NCBI GenBank assembly: GCA_048882485.1
Contig: JBHLRP010000032.1
Coordinates: 1 to 34,705, forward strand
Source of the DNA: Candidatus Thorarchaeota archaeon
GTDB lineage: Archaea; Asgardarchaeota; Thorarchaeia; Thorarchaeales; Thorarchaeaceae
Length of the DNA: 34,705 bases
Direction: 5' to 3'
Position numbers and translations under genes: made by a program. This document shows, piece by piece, positions 18,860 to 26,992 of the stretch. The notes below the pieces were generated by a model. The model worked only from the letters and a program-made list of their open reading frames with translations. It did no database searches and had not been told where the DNA came from. Each line of letters begins with the position of its first letter. Position 1 is the stretch's first letter.

Positions 18860-19855
18860 ATGGGATATGATGTAGTCACCTTCGGAGAGGTCATGCTCAG
18901 ACTATCACCTCCTGACTTTATGAGATTTGAACAGACTCACAGCTTCAACGCCCATGCAGGGGGAGCTGAGATGAATGTGGCTGTGGCATGCGCCCGTCTT
19001 GAACTCAGTTCAGCCTATGTAACTAAGCTCTGTGACAACTCCATTGGCCATTTCATCCGGAATCAAGCAAGAGAGCATGGTGTGGATACATCCCATATTC
19101 TCTGGGACCCTGGCAGTCGCTGTGGTGTTTACTTTGTTGAGTTTGGAGCGGCACCTAGGACAAATCGAGTCATCTACGATAGGAAAGAGTCCGCAATAAG
19201 CAAGATCATGCCTGGAGAGGTTCCATGGAGCAAGATACTTGATGGCACAAAGCTATTCCACACCAGCGGCATCACTCCCGCATTGAGTTCCTCGTGCGCA
19301 GATGCCACTATGGAAGTTTTGAGGATAGCTAAAGAAAAGGGCTGCAAGGTTTCGTACGATGTAAACTATCGAGGCAAGCTATGGACACCAGAAGAGGCGA
19401 GAGAGTTTACTGAGCCGGCCTCAGAGTACATTGACATATTGATTACCACAGAAGAGGACACGAAGGTGGTCTATGGTATTGAGGGTAAGGAATACGAAGA
19501 CGTCGCCAAGAAACTGACTGAGAAATTCGGATTTGAAGTGGTTGTAATCACGCTTCGAGAAACTCCCACCGTTCTTACGAACAAATGGTCAGTATTCGCG
19601 TATTCGGATGGCAAAGTCTACAAAAGCCCCGTATATGATGTTGAAGTGATAGATCGACTTGGAGGAGGCGACTCATGCAGTGCAGGTTTCATCTACGGCT
19701 ATCTCATTCTGAACGATCTTCAGAAAGCTGTGGACTTTGGCTCTGCATTTTCAGCATTGAAACACTCAGTGCCGGGAGACCTGGCCTTTGTATACAAGGA
19801 AGAAGTTGAGAAGCTTATCAAAGGACGTGAACGCGGCCTCAGGATAGATAGGTAG
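18860..19855 (+). CDS. kdgK: 2-keto-3-deoxygluconate kinase (PfkB family)
   Basis: FGEVMLRLS, GGAEMNVA, YDRKESA, SGITPAL, DVNYR.KLW, DRLGGGD, ALKHSVPGD. Confidence 0.85.
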   Translation: MGYDVVTFGEVMLRLSPPDFMRFEQTHSFNAHAGGAEMNVAVACARLELSSAYVTKLCDNSIGHFIRNQAREHGVDTSHILWDPGSRCGVYFVEFGAAPRTNRVIYDRKESAISKIMPGEVPWSKILDGTKLFHTSGITPALSSSCADATMEVLRIAKEKGCKVSYDVNYRGKLWTPEEAREFTEPASEYIDILITTEEDTKVVYGIEGKEYEDVAKKLTEKFGFEVVVITLRETPTVLTNKWSVFAYSDGKVYKSPVYDVEVIDRLGGGDSCSAGFIYGYLILNDLQKAVDFGSAFSALKHSVPGDLAFVYKEEVEKLIKGRERGLRIDR

Positions 19856-19865
19856 GGTTGAAGTC

Positions 19866-20513
19866 ATGTGGGACAAAAAGAAAGCTCTGGAGTTGATACA
19901 GAAGACTGGGCTTATTCCAATAATCCGGGTCGATTCTTCCGAAACTGCAATGAAGGTCGCAGATGCATTCCTCAAGGGTGGAGTGAGAATTATTGAAGTC
20001 ACCTTTAGTGTTCCGGGGGCAACCGATGTAGTTCGACAGCTCACTGATGAACTAGGTGACAAGGTTCTGATTGGTACCGGAACGGTTCTCAACGCCAAGA
20101 TGGTTGACAATGCAGTGGCTGCAGGCAGTGAATTCATCGTAAGTCCGGGGTACTCAAGGGAGCTTATCGAAGCAACAAAAAAACACTCCAAGCCTTGCAT
20201 TCCTGGCGCAATGACACCAACAGAGATTCTTGATGCATATAATCTCGGTTCCGACGCAGTCAAGATTTTTCCATGCGGAAATCTTGGAGGAGCCAAATAC
20301 ATCAAGGCTGTAAGAGCACCGCTCCCACACATACCTCTTGTTCCTACAGGAGGTGTCAATCTAGAAACAGCTGGACCACTTTTGGAGGCAGGAGCCTTTG
20401 CATTGGGCGTAGGTAGCGCTATCACAGACAAGATGGCAATCAAGGAAGGTCGATTTGAGGTCATCACTGAGAATGTCAAGAAGTTTCTTGAAGTCGTCGG
20501 GAATTACAGATAG
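19866..20513 (+). CDS. eda: KDPG/KHG aldolase
   Basis: IEVT, GTGTV, FIVSP, PGAMTPTE, Schiff-base KIFP, PTGGV. Confidence 0.93.
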   Translation: MWDKKKALELIQKTGLIPIIRVDSSETAMKVADAFLKGGVRIIEVTFSVPGATDVVRQLTDELGDKVLIGTGTVLNAKMVDNAVAAGSEFIVSPGYSRELIEATKKHSKPCIPGAMTPTEILDAYNLGSDAVKIFPCGNLGGAKYIKAVRAPLPHIPLVPTGGVNLETAGPLLEAGAFALGVGSAITDKMAIKEGRFEVITENVKKFLEVVGNYR

Positions 20514-20587
20514 TTAATAGAGCCCAGTAGCTATAAAAGCCGTAATTATACGCTCTGCTTCAACACAGCCATTGGAGAGAGCTTGAG

Positions 20588-20914
20588 ATGGGTGACGATT
20601 TACTGGACCTCATGCGTGAACGAATCGCAATAGGTTTGACAAGGGAAAAGACAATAGAAGCTATTGACGGATGGGAGAGAACTGCACTCTTGATTCTGAA
20701 AGAGGGTGGCAAGTATAACTTCATCGTCAAGGATAACGACATCACAGTTCATGATGGCGAGATTCAAGACCCTGACATGACCATTCAAAGCGATGAGGAT
20801 ACAATCAGAAAGCTCTTCCTCGAGGAGATGAGTGCAGCAGGTGCTCTTCTCAAGAGGAAGCTCAAGGTTAAGGGGTCAACGGGCGACCTTATGAAGATAA
20901 GACACATTTTCTAA
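20588..20914 (+). CDS. SCP2 sterol/lipid-binding domain protein
   Basis: PDMTIQ...A..A....KLKVKG...LMKI pattern. Confidence 0.8.
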   Translation: MGDDLLDLMRERIAIGLTREKTIEAIDGWERTALLILKEGGKYNFIVKDNDITVHDGEIQDPDMTIQSDEDTIRKLFLEEMSAAGALLKRKLKVKGSTGDLMKIRHIF

Positions 20915-20941
20915 AATGCTACTGCTCACGGAGGCAACGAT

Positions 20942-22348
20942 TTGGACCAGCTAGTCTTCAAGAAACTGGAAGAGATCGTGGGAAAGGAATATGCCTCAAG
21001 AAGGGAAGATGTTCTCTTAGCATACTCTGTGTCAGCTTCGACAAGCTATGAACCAGTCTTGCCTGGTGCGGTGGTCCGGCCAGGAACTACGCAAGAAGTT
21101 TCACAGATTTTGAAGTTGGCCAATGAAAAGGAAATTCCAGTGATTCCAAGATCAGGCGGGTCCAGTCTCCAAGGAGAAGCCTTGCCAAAAGAGGGTAGCC
21201 TTGTAGTCGAACTGCTGAGATTAGACCAAGTAACCCTATTCGAGGACTTACGTTCAGTAACAGTTGGAGCTGGTGTGACATACGGCATGCTTGACAAGTT
21301 TCTCAAGAAGCATGACCTCTGGATACCTATCTATCCAGGCTCGTCACTCTCAGCAACTGTTGCAGGAAATGTTGCGGTCAACGGAGCGGGTTTTGGGTCA
21401 GCAAGATTCGGTTGTATTGCAGAACTTGTCTTTGGATTGGAAATAGTACTACCTGATGGAAGGATAATCCAAACCGGTTCCGAGGCCAATCCTAATGCCC
21501 CAGGTCCATTTCTTCGCTACGCCTTTGGCCCGGATCTCACTGGTCTATTCATTGGCTCGCTTGGGAGCTTTGGAATCATAACGAAGGTGTCTCTAAAGAC
21601 CCATAAGCGGATGCACCACTTTGACTATAACACATACGGCTTTTACGTCGCCGACGAGGCTGTAGATTTCTTGATTGCATTAAAGCAAAATGATGTGAGC
21701 TCTGTCTGGGCAGCAATCTATGAAGGTCAGATTCTTGACTTCTTCCTTGATATGGTAGGAGAAGAATATGGAGTCCCTAAGCATGATTGGCCCAAATTCA
21801 CGGTTTCACTTGTTCTAGGTGCGATCCGAGAAGACCAGCTGCTTAGCGATGTCAAGATGGCGAGGATGCTCTGCGAAAGCTGTGGAGGCTACATAATTGG
21901 AATCCGGGAGCTACCCAAGGGTGAATGGGATAATAGAATGTTAGAACTCGCTCGCTCATCATACATCCACAGTTGGCATTGGCGTATTCTTTATCACCAT
22001 CAAACCCCGTCGAATTGGCTTAGAACTCTGGAAGAACTCTGGTCAGTAACAGAAGAATACCGCATTCTAGCCCACACAGCAGGATTTCAATCGGGCCACT
22101 CCAGCTACAATTACTATCCGCAGTTATACTATGACCCTCAAGATGAAGAGCAGGAGCAGAAGGTACGAGATGCCCACAAAGATCTAGCTCGGCGCCTGTT
22201 CAAAACGGGAGCCGTTCCATTCAAGTTGGCCCCATATTGGATAGAAGGCGTAGAAGGAATGGCGGACTATCTAGAGCTCTTGAAAATGCTAAAGAAGTCA
22301 CTCGATCCCAAGGGAATAATGAATCCTGGTGTACTAGGAGGCATCTGA
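20942..22348 (+). CDS. FAD-binding oxidoreductase (VAO/PCMH, GlcD-like), paralog of 2814-4199
   Basis: PRSGGSS, ATVAGN, GLEIVLPDG, GPDLTGLFIGSLG, LDPKGIMNPG. Confidence 0.9.
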   Translation: MDQLVFKKLEEIVGKEYASRREDVLLAYSVSASTSYEPVLPGAVVRPGTTQEVSQILKLANEKEIPVIPRSGGSSLQGEALPKEGSLVVELLRLDQVTLFEDLRSVTVGAGVTYGMLDKFLKKHDLWIPIYPGSSLSATVAGNVAVNGAGFGSARFGCIAELVFGLEIVLPDGRIIQTGSEANPNAPGPFLRYAFGPDLTGLFIGSLGSFGIITKVSLKTHKRMHHFDYNTYGFYVADEAVDFLIALKQNDVSSVWAAIYEGQILDFFLDMVGEEYGVPKHDWPKFTVSLVLGAIREDQLLSDVKMARMLCESCGGYIIGIRELPKGEWDNRMLELARSSYIHSWHWRILYHHQTPSNWLRTLEELWSVTEEYRILAHTAGFQSGHSSYNYYPQLYYDPQDEEQEQKVRDAHKDLARRLFKTGAVPFKLAPYWIEGVEGMADYLELLKMLKKSLDPKGIMNPGVLGGI

Positions 22349-22365
22349 GTGTGACCGAGGTGGAC

Positions 22366-23511
22366 ATGGATGAACTCCTAGAGAATCTGGCTCAATGCCG
22401 CAGATGCGGAATCTGCCGGAATGCTGTATACGAGGAACTCGGATTTGATGGAGTTTGCCCAGTATGGAGAAACTCGAGCGGCTTTGAAACTAGCTTCATG
22501 AGAGGAAGGATTCAGGTTGCTCAGGCCCTTCTTGATGGAAGGTTGGAGAAGACAGCAGAGAATGTTGAGTCACTCTACACCTGCATGTTATGTGGAAATT
22601 GCACTGAGATATGCGCAGCTGAGTTTGACCCGAAGCAGACTCTGGAACAAGTCCGTCAAGTTTTGAATGATGTGCCGAATGAGTCGCGCGATGAAATTGC
22701 CGAACACATTCTCAAACATCTGAATCCCTACGAAGATGATAACAGCATCAGACGAAATTGGGTAGGAGAAGTAGGGTTTGACGTCCCAACGATGGCATCA
22801 ACAATCTACTATACTGGATGTACTGCAGGCATGCGACTTCCCAATATCGCCATCTCAACTGTCAGAATATTGAATGCAGCTGCCGAGGACTTTGGTGTAT
22901 TGGAGGAGGAACCGTGCTGCGGGTCTGTAATGATAAGGACGGGAAGAGTCGAGGATGCACGGGCTAATGCTGAGCGGATAGAGAAGGCCTTTGCTGAAGC
23001 CGGTGCAGAGCGCATAATTGTGTCATGTCCTGGATGCCTAAGAACACTGAAATTGGATTTTCCTGAACGCTTTGGTATCGAACTCCCTCAGGTAATTCAT
23101 ATCGTCGAATATGCTGCTGAACTCATAAGAAATGGTGATCTGAGCTTCAGAGGACGTGGAGAGAAAAGCAGGGTTACTTACCACGATCCTTGCCATCTTG
23201 GTAGAGGGCTTGGAATCTATGATGCACCACGTGAGATTCTTTCAGCAATTCCGGGCATAGAGCCTGTGGAGTTGGAAACAAAGAGAGAGGCAGCACTATG
23301 TTGCGGCGCCGGAGGAGGAGTGCGCAAATACGATCCAAATCTCTCCAAACGAATTGGGGCGGATAGGATTCGACAGGCAATAGAAGCAGGCGCAGACATC
23401 ATTGCAACTGCATGTCCTTTCTGTGTCAACAACCTAGATGCGGGAGCAAGTCAGGAAGGAAGCTCTATTGGAGTCGCCGATATTGTAGACCTATTGGCTG
23501 AGAGTCTCTGA
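22366..23511 (+). CDS. GlcF/HdrD-like Fe-S subunit with CCG domains, paralog of 1620-2813
   Basis: CRRCGIC...CP, CMLCGNC...C, CCG, CPGC, YHDPC, CCGAGGG, CPFC. ATG 22366 follows GAGGTG. Confidence 0.9.
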   Translation: MDELLENLAQCRRCGICRNAVYEELGFDGVCPVWRNSSGFETSFMRGRIQVAQALLDGRLEKTAENVESLYTCMLCGNCTEICAAEFDPKQTLEQVRQVLNDVPNESRDEIAEHILKHLNPYEDDNSIRRNWVGEVGFDVPTMASTIYYTGCTAGMRLPNIAISTVRILNAAAEDFGVLEEEPCCGSVMIRTGRVEDARANAERIEKAFAEAGAERIIVSCPGCLRTLKLDFPERFGIELPQVIHIVEYAAELIRNGDLSFRGRGEKSRVTYHDPCHLGRGLGIYDAPREILSAIPGIEPVELETKREAALCCGAGGGVRKYDPNLSKRIGADRIRQAIEAGADIIATACPFCVNNLDAGASQEGSSIGVADIVDLLAESL

Positions 23512-23526
23512 GCTGAGAAATAGATT

Positions 23527-23808
23527 CCTGAAGAAGAGGGGGACGCTGACCGGAGCCAAAGACTTGGTGCCCATCTGGGCATTTGAGGTCCACCCTCTCA
23601 ATTTGAACGTGAGTAAGTGGTGCTCCAAACCACGTGATACAACGCCGTTCTCTGAACACTGGGTGAGAGCCGAATCTCCCTACAGGAGGACATTCGGAAG
23701 GACGTTGAATCCGGTCACACACTCTTTTGTATGTGTGAGGAGCAACAGGCTTCAGCCAGACGTCCGACCAAAGAGTATGCGTCCTAGCAACATAAGCATT
23801 TCTTCTGG
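23527..23808 (+). ncRNA. Candidate structured non-coding RNA A (~280 nt, unassigned family; strand tentative)
   Basis: End-to-end pairing 23527-36/23799-808; GGACGC/GCGTCC; TGACCGGA/TCCGGTCA; several hairpins; a possible ACTCTTT/AAAGAGT pseudoknot. G-U pairs mostly favour +. The overlapping ORFs do not look like proteins. Confidence 0.55.
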
Positions 23809-23929
23809 ACGAAACCACCCCGAGGTCTCATACGTCTCACTAACGCACTATTATATGGTCATAAAACTTTAAAAGTACACTATGGGAATGCGGTCCCGAG
23901 CCTATACTGTTTAGTCAGAGGTGTATAGC

Positions 23930-24997
23930 ATGAATGGGATAAATGTAGCAATAGTGGGTGTAGGCAACTGCGCGAGCGCCCTAATCCAAGGGGTGGAATA
24001 CTATAAAGATGCAAAAGCTAGCGATGATCTGATAGGTCTTAGCCATCCAGATTTTGCTGGCTTTCATGTAAGAGACATCAAATTCGTGGCGGCTTTCGAT
24101 GTGGCTGAGGGAAAGGTTGGCGTAGACCTAGCAGATGCAATCTTTGCCAACCCCAACAATGTTATTCGATTCGCAGATGTTCCTAGGACCGGTGTGAAAG
24201 TAGAGAAAGGTCCTGTTCACGATGGTGTTGATGATATGCTTCGGGCATTGATCAAGGTTTCCAGTGAATCCGATTCAGATGTTGTCAAGATTCTTCGTGA
24301 TTCAGGTGCAGAAGTCGTCATTAACCTCTTGCCAGGATCTGCCGAGGAAGCAGCAAAGTTCTATGCTGGAGCCAGTCTTGAAGCTGAGTGTGCATTCATT
24401 AATGGCGCTCCAATACCGATAGCTTCTGACCAAGAATGGAGCAGCAAATTCGAAGAGAAAGGACTACCTCTGATTGGAGACGATCTTCAAGACCAGCTAG
24501 GCTCAACAGTGTTTCATAGGAACTTGCTACAGCTTCTTGTGGCTCGTGGTGTGCGTGTAGATAAAAGCTATCAGTTGGATGTAGGCGGAGGGGCTGAGTC
24601 ACTGGATTCACATTATCGGGGTCGCATGAGGAAGCGAGGAGTAAAGAGCAGTGCAATCAGTCAGGACCTACCTTATGACGCTCCTCTCGTGGCTGGCTCT
24701 TCAGATTTCGTTCCATTCATGGACAACAGCAGGGAGTCATATTTCTACATACATGGCCGCCAGTTTGGAGGCGCACCGATTAAGATTGATATCAGAATGG
24801 AAGTCACTGATGGTCCAAATGCAGGACCCATCCTGATGGATGCAATCCGCGGAGCGAAATTGGCCCTCAAGAGAGAGATTGGTGGAGCACTAGAATCAAT
24901 CTCTGCCTATGGATTCAAGATGCCTCCCAAACCTACAACTATGTATAGAGCTGAGAGATGGGTTGAGGAGTTTCTGCTTGGAAAGAGGAAACTTTAG
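23930..24997 (+). CDS. ino1: myo-inositol-1-phosphate synthase family, divergent
   Basis: GVGNCASALIQG, FVAAFDV..KVG.DL, CAFIN, IGDD, FKMPP. Several catalytic-region motifs are altered. Confidence 0.75.
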   Translation: MNGINVAIVGVGNCASALIQGVEYYKDAKASDDLIGLSHPDFAGFHVRDIKFVAAFDVAEGKVGVDLADAIFANPNNVIRFADVPRTGVKVEKGPVHDGVDDMLRALIKVSSESDSDVVKILRDSGAEVVINLLPGSAEEAAKFYAGASLEAECAFINGAPIPIASDQEWSSKFEEKGLPLIGDDLQDQLGSTVFHRNLLQLLVARGVRVDKSYQLDVGGGAESLDSHYRGRMRKRGVKSSAISQDLPYDAPLVAGSSDFVPFMDNSRESYFYIHGRQFGGAPIKIDIRMEVTDGPNAGPILMDAIRGAKLALKREIGGALESISAYGFKMPPKPTTMYRAERWVEEFLLGKRKL

Positions 24998-25005
24998 TCA
25001 TTATT

Positions 25006-25401
25006 TTATTCATGAGCTTTCATGTATTCAACCACGAGTCCCTTTAGCTCATCGAGTTTAGAGACGACCTTGAATTCGGTTTCTTCTCCAACCTCTTCTA
25101 GAATCTCGTTGAATCCAATCACGTTCTGGTATTCTTGCTCATGTTCCTCGCGAACGGCTTTCTTCTTGGCTGCCGGATCATAAACGACAATGAGATTCTC
25201 TGGCTCAAAATTGATGACTAGGCTCCGATCCAAATACTGAACCTTCTTGCATTTGGGGCATTGAACACGGTTTGCTTTACCAGCCTTCAGGTTCTTAACG
25301 AGGTCGCGGTCTTGGGAGAGGTCGATGTGATCAATAACGTCAAACTCGTACACATTCTTGCATTTCACACACCTGATTTCTGCAGTGCTTCTTCCTGCCA
25401 T
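25006..25401 (-). CDS. CpXC-domain (two CxxC) protein
   Basis: CVKC...CPKC with CpXC-like spacing; GGTGA RBS before ATG 25401. Confidence 0.7.
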   Translation of the reverse strand: MAGRSTAEIRCVKCKNVYEFDVIDHIDLSQDRDLVKNLKAGKANRVQCPKCKKVQYLDRSLVINFEPENLIVVYDPAAKKKAVREEHEQEYQNVIGFNEILEEVGEETEFKVVSKLDELKGLVVEYMKAHE

Positions 25402-25459
25402 CTTATCACCAGAGCGAAGCATTACATCGTTGTGAAGCTCTTAAGAGTTCCTACATCTG

Positions 25460-26086
25460 CTAATTCTGCTCTTCCTTCCATTCCTCAGGAGTGTCGGTTT
25501 CTTGATTAATGGGATCTTCATCAGACTTGCGTTTGAAAATGATTCCAAGAATGATGGCAGTCAATGCGATGGAGCCAAGAACACTTGGCATCGAACCGAA
25601 AAGCGAACTCACCGCTGATGCAATGAGTGCCCCTGGAATGGTGACTGCCACCTTCCCAATGTAATAGCTAGCAAAGAATTTTGGAACGCTATATTGAGTG
25701 AGCCCGCAGTAGATTACGATTGGATCGTCAGGCACTGGAGATCCGGCTGATAGGAGCAAAGCAATAGCCCCCCACTTTTCTACTCTCTCCCGCTCTAGGT
25801 CGATCTTCGCTAGCATACTCTCTGATAGAACAACACGCGATCCTCGCATTGCATAGTAAAGAATGACCTTTGATATTGCTGCAGCGAGGGCAACTACAAT
25901 CCCGATTTGAGCCGCAATTATGATGGCCTCAGAAAGGAGTCGCTCGCCAGGAAACATGAATAGATAAGCGACAGCCGCCAGCACCATATTGCTGGGGCTA
26001 ATAAACGGTATCAGATTGATTGCCAGGCAGACTATGAACAAACCTAGATAGCCCTGGAGTATCAGGTCTATGACTATGTCTTGCAT
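25460..26086 (-). CDS. VTT/DedA (SNARE-associated Golgi protein) family membrane protein
   Basis: NLIPFISP, SPVPDDP...G......KFF....GK. Confidence 0.8.
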   Translation of the reverse strand: MQDIVIDLILQGYLGLFIVCLAINLIPFISPSNMVLAAVAYLFMFPGERLLSEAIIIAAQIGIVVALAAAISKVILYYAMRGSRVVLSESMLAKIDLERERVEKWGAIALLLSAGSPVPDDPIVIYCGLTQYSVPKFFASYYIGKVAVTIPGALIASAVSSLFGSMPSVLGSIALTAIILGIIFKRKSDEDPINQETDTPEEWKEEQN

Positions 26087-26113
26087 GTCCCCTCAGCAAC
26101 TCACTGATTCCAA

Positions 26114-26545
26114 TCATGAATGCACATTCTCTATGTGGACATAGCTGACACCTTCTAGTGCAGCAAGTTCGTTCCTCAGATCATCCAAAGTATTTGTAAG
26201 CTGTCCAGGATTGAAGTAGCACTCATAGAAACATCTTGTGCCACGGAGGCAGACACCGGTTGAAAATAGCAAATCGACTAGGCCTGCTGACTTGAAGACC
26301 TGCGAGAGCTGTGTTAGGAAGTCATTTGTAAGTTTTTTAATCTCGACCGACAGAAAGCTTACCTCTTTGTCTTCGAGCGGGAAGATCTTGATGAGTCGGT
26401 CCTTGTGTACTAGCACCATCAACCCGTTATTGGTTCCCATGGCGTCCTTGAATTGTGCTGGAAACTTCACGGTCTCGTTGGCATCAAAAACGAGAACTCT
26501 GCCAGCCGTAGCTCCATCGTAGTCTTCAGACATCATATCACCCAT
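26114..26545 (-). CDS. Hypothetical protein, possible AbrB-like + ACT-like domains
   Basis: D.NETVKFPAQFKDAMG resembles the AbrB swapped hairpin. The C-terminal part has a beta-alpha-beta-beta-alpha-beta-like pattern ending LEGVSYVHI. Confidence 0.5.
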   Translation of the reverse strand: MGDMMSEDYDGATAGRVLVFDANETVKFPAQFKDAMGTNNGLMVLVHKDRLIKIFPLEDKEVSFLSVEIKKLTNDFLTQLSQVFKSAGLVDLLFSTGVCLRGTRCFYECYFNPGQLTNTLDDLRNELAALEGVSYVHIENVHS

Positions 26546-26737
26546 TCGAGTTTCCCCAGACTCCGCTGGTGAAGTCTAACATCCTAGGATTTACGTCACA
26601 CGAATATAAGTAAAGCTCCTATGATTGCGATGTAGAGGTAAAACACTTCTCAGACCTGTGCATATTCCCTCATCCGCTCAAATTTGAAAACGGTGCCCCT
26701 TTTGAGGACCCATGGGACACCAATCATCAGATGTAAG

Positions 26738-26992
26738 ATGAAGGATCCTAGGAGAGGCACATTGGAACGACATCGAGATGTGTCTGAACTCCGCATCCAG
26801 TATCTCTGTGAACATCGATTCTTATTACTACAAATGCGCCAAGAGAACTCCTCCGAAGCTAGCAGAGAAGGCGAACGACTTCATCGCGAAGTGGGGTTGA
26901 ATCCAAAACCTATCCGTTCGTTCAGTCGTTTGATTAGAGCATTGATTTTGATTGCCACATTGACAGCAGCTGTTCTATGGGCGGTGGGATGA
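26738..26992 (+). CDS. Cas4-like N-terminal segment with C-terminal TM helix
   Basis: VSELRIQYLCEHRFLL and GERLH match the Cas4/RecB-like N-terminal S-x-Y-x-C and G-x3-H motifs. It ends in a hydrophobic helix. Confidence 0.65.
   Translation: MKDPRRGTLERHRDVSELRIQYLCEHRFLLLQMRQENSSEASREGERLHREVGLNPKPIRSFSRLIRALILIATLTAAVLWAVG

Noticed and set aside
6414-20479. Long antisense ORFs (e.g. 6414-7007, 7132-7572, 19766-20479)
   Set aside because: These are shadow frames of well-supported genes on the opposite strand.
23527-23808. RNase P or SRP RNA identity for element A
   Set aside because: There is no GAGGAA-N-UCC CR-I with a matching CR-V/P4, and no SRP helix-8 CAGG-GNRA-AGCA motif. Only fragmentary resemblances exist.
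23775-23837. Hammerhead-like GGAC-GAAAC...GUC arrangement
   Set aside because: The required CUGANGA core is missing between stems I and II. The CTGAAGA at 23528 is not followed by a compatible stem II.
23465-23872. ORFs 23465-23818 (-) and 23564-23872 (+)
   Set aside because: Non-protein-like composition, weak starts and no motifs. The region is better explained by RNA structure.
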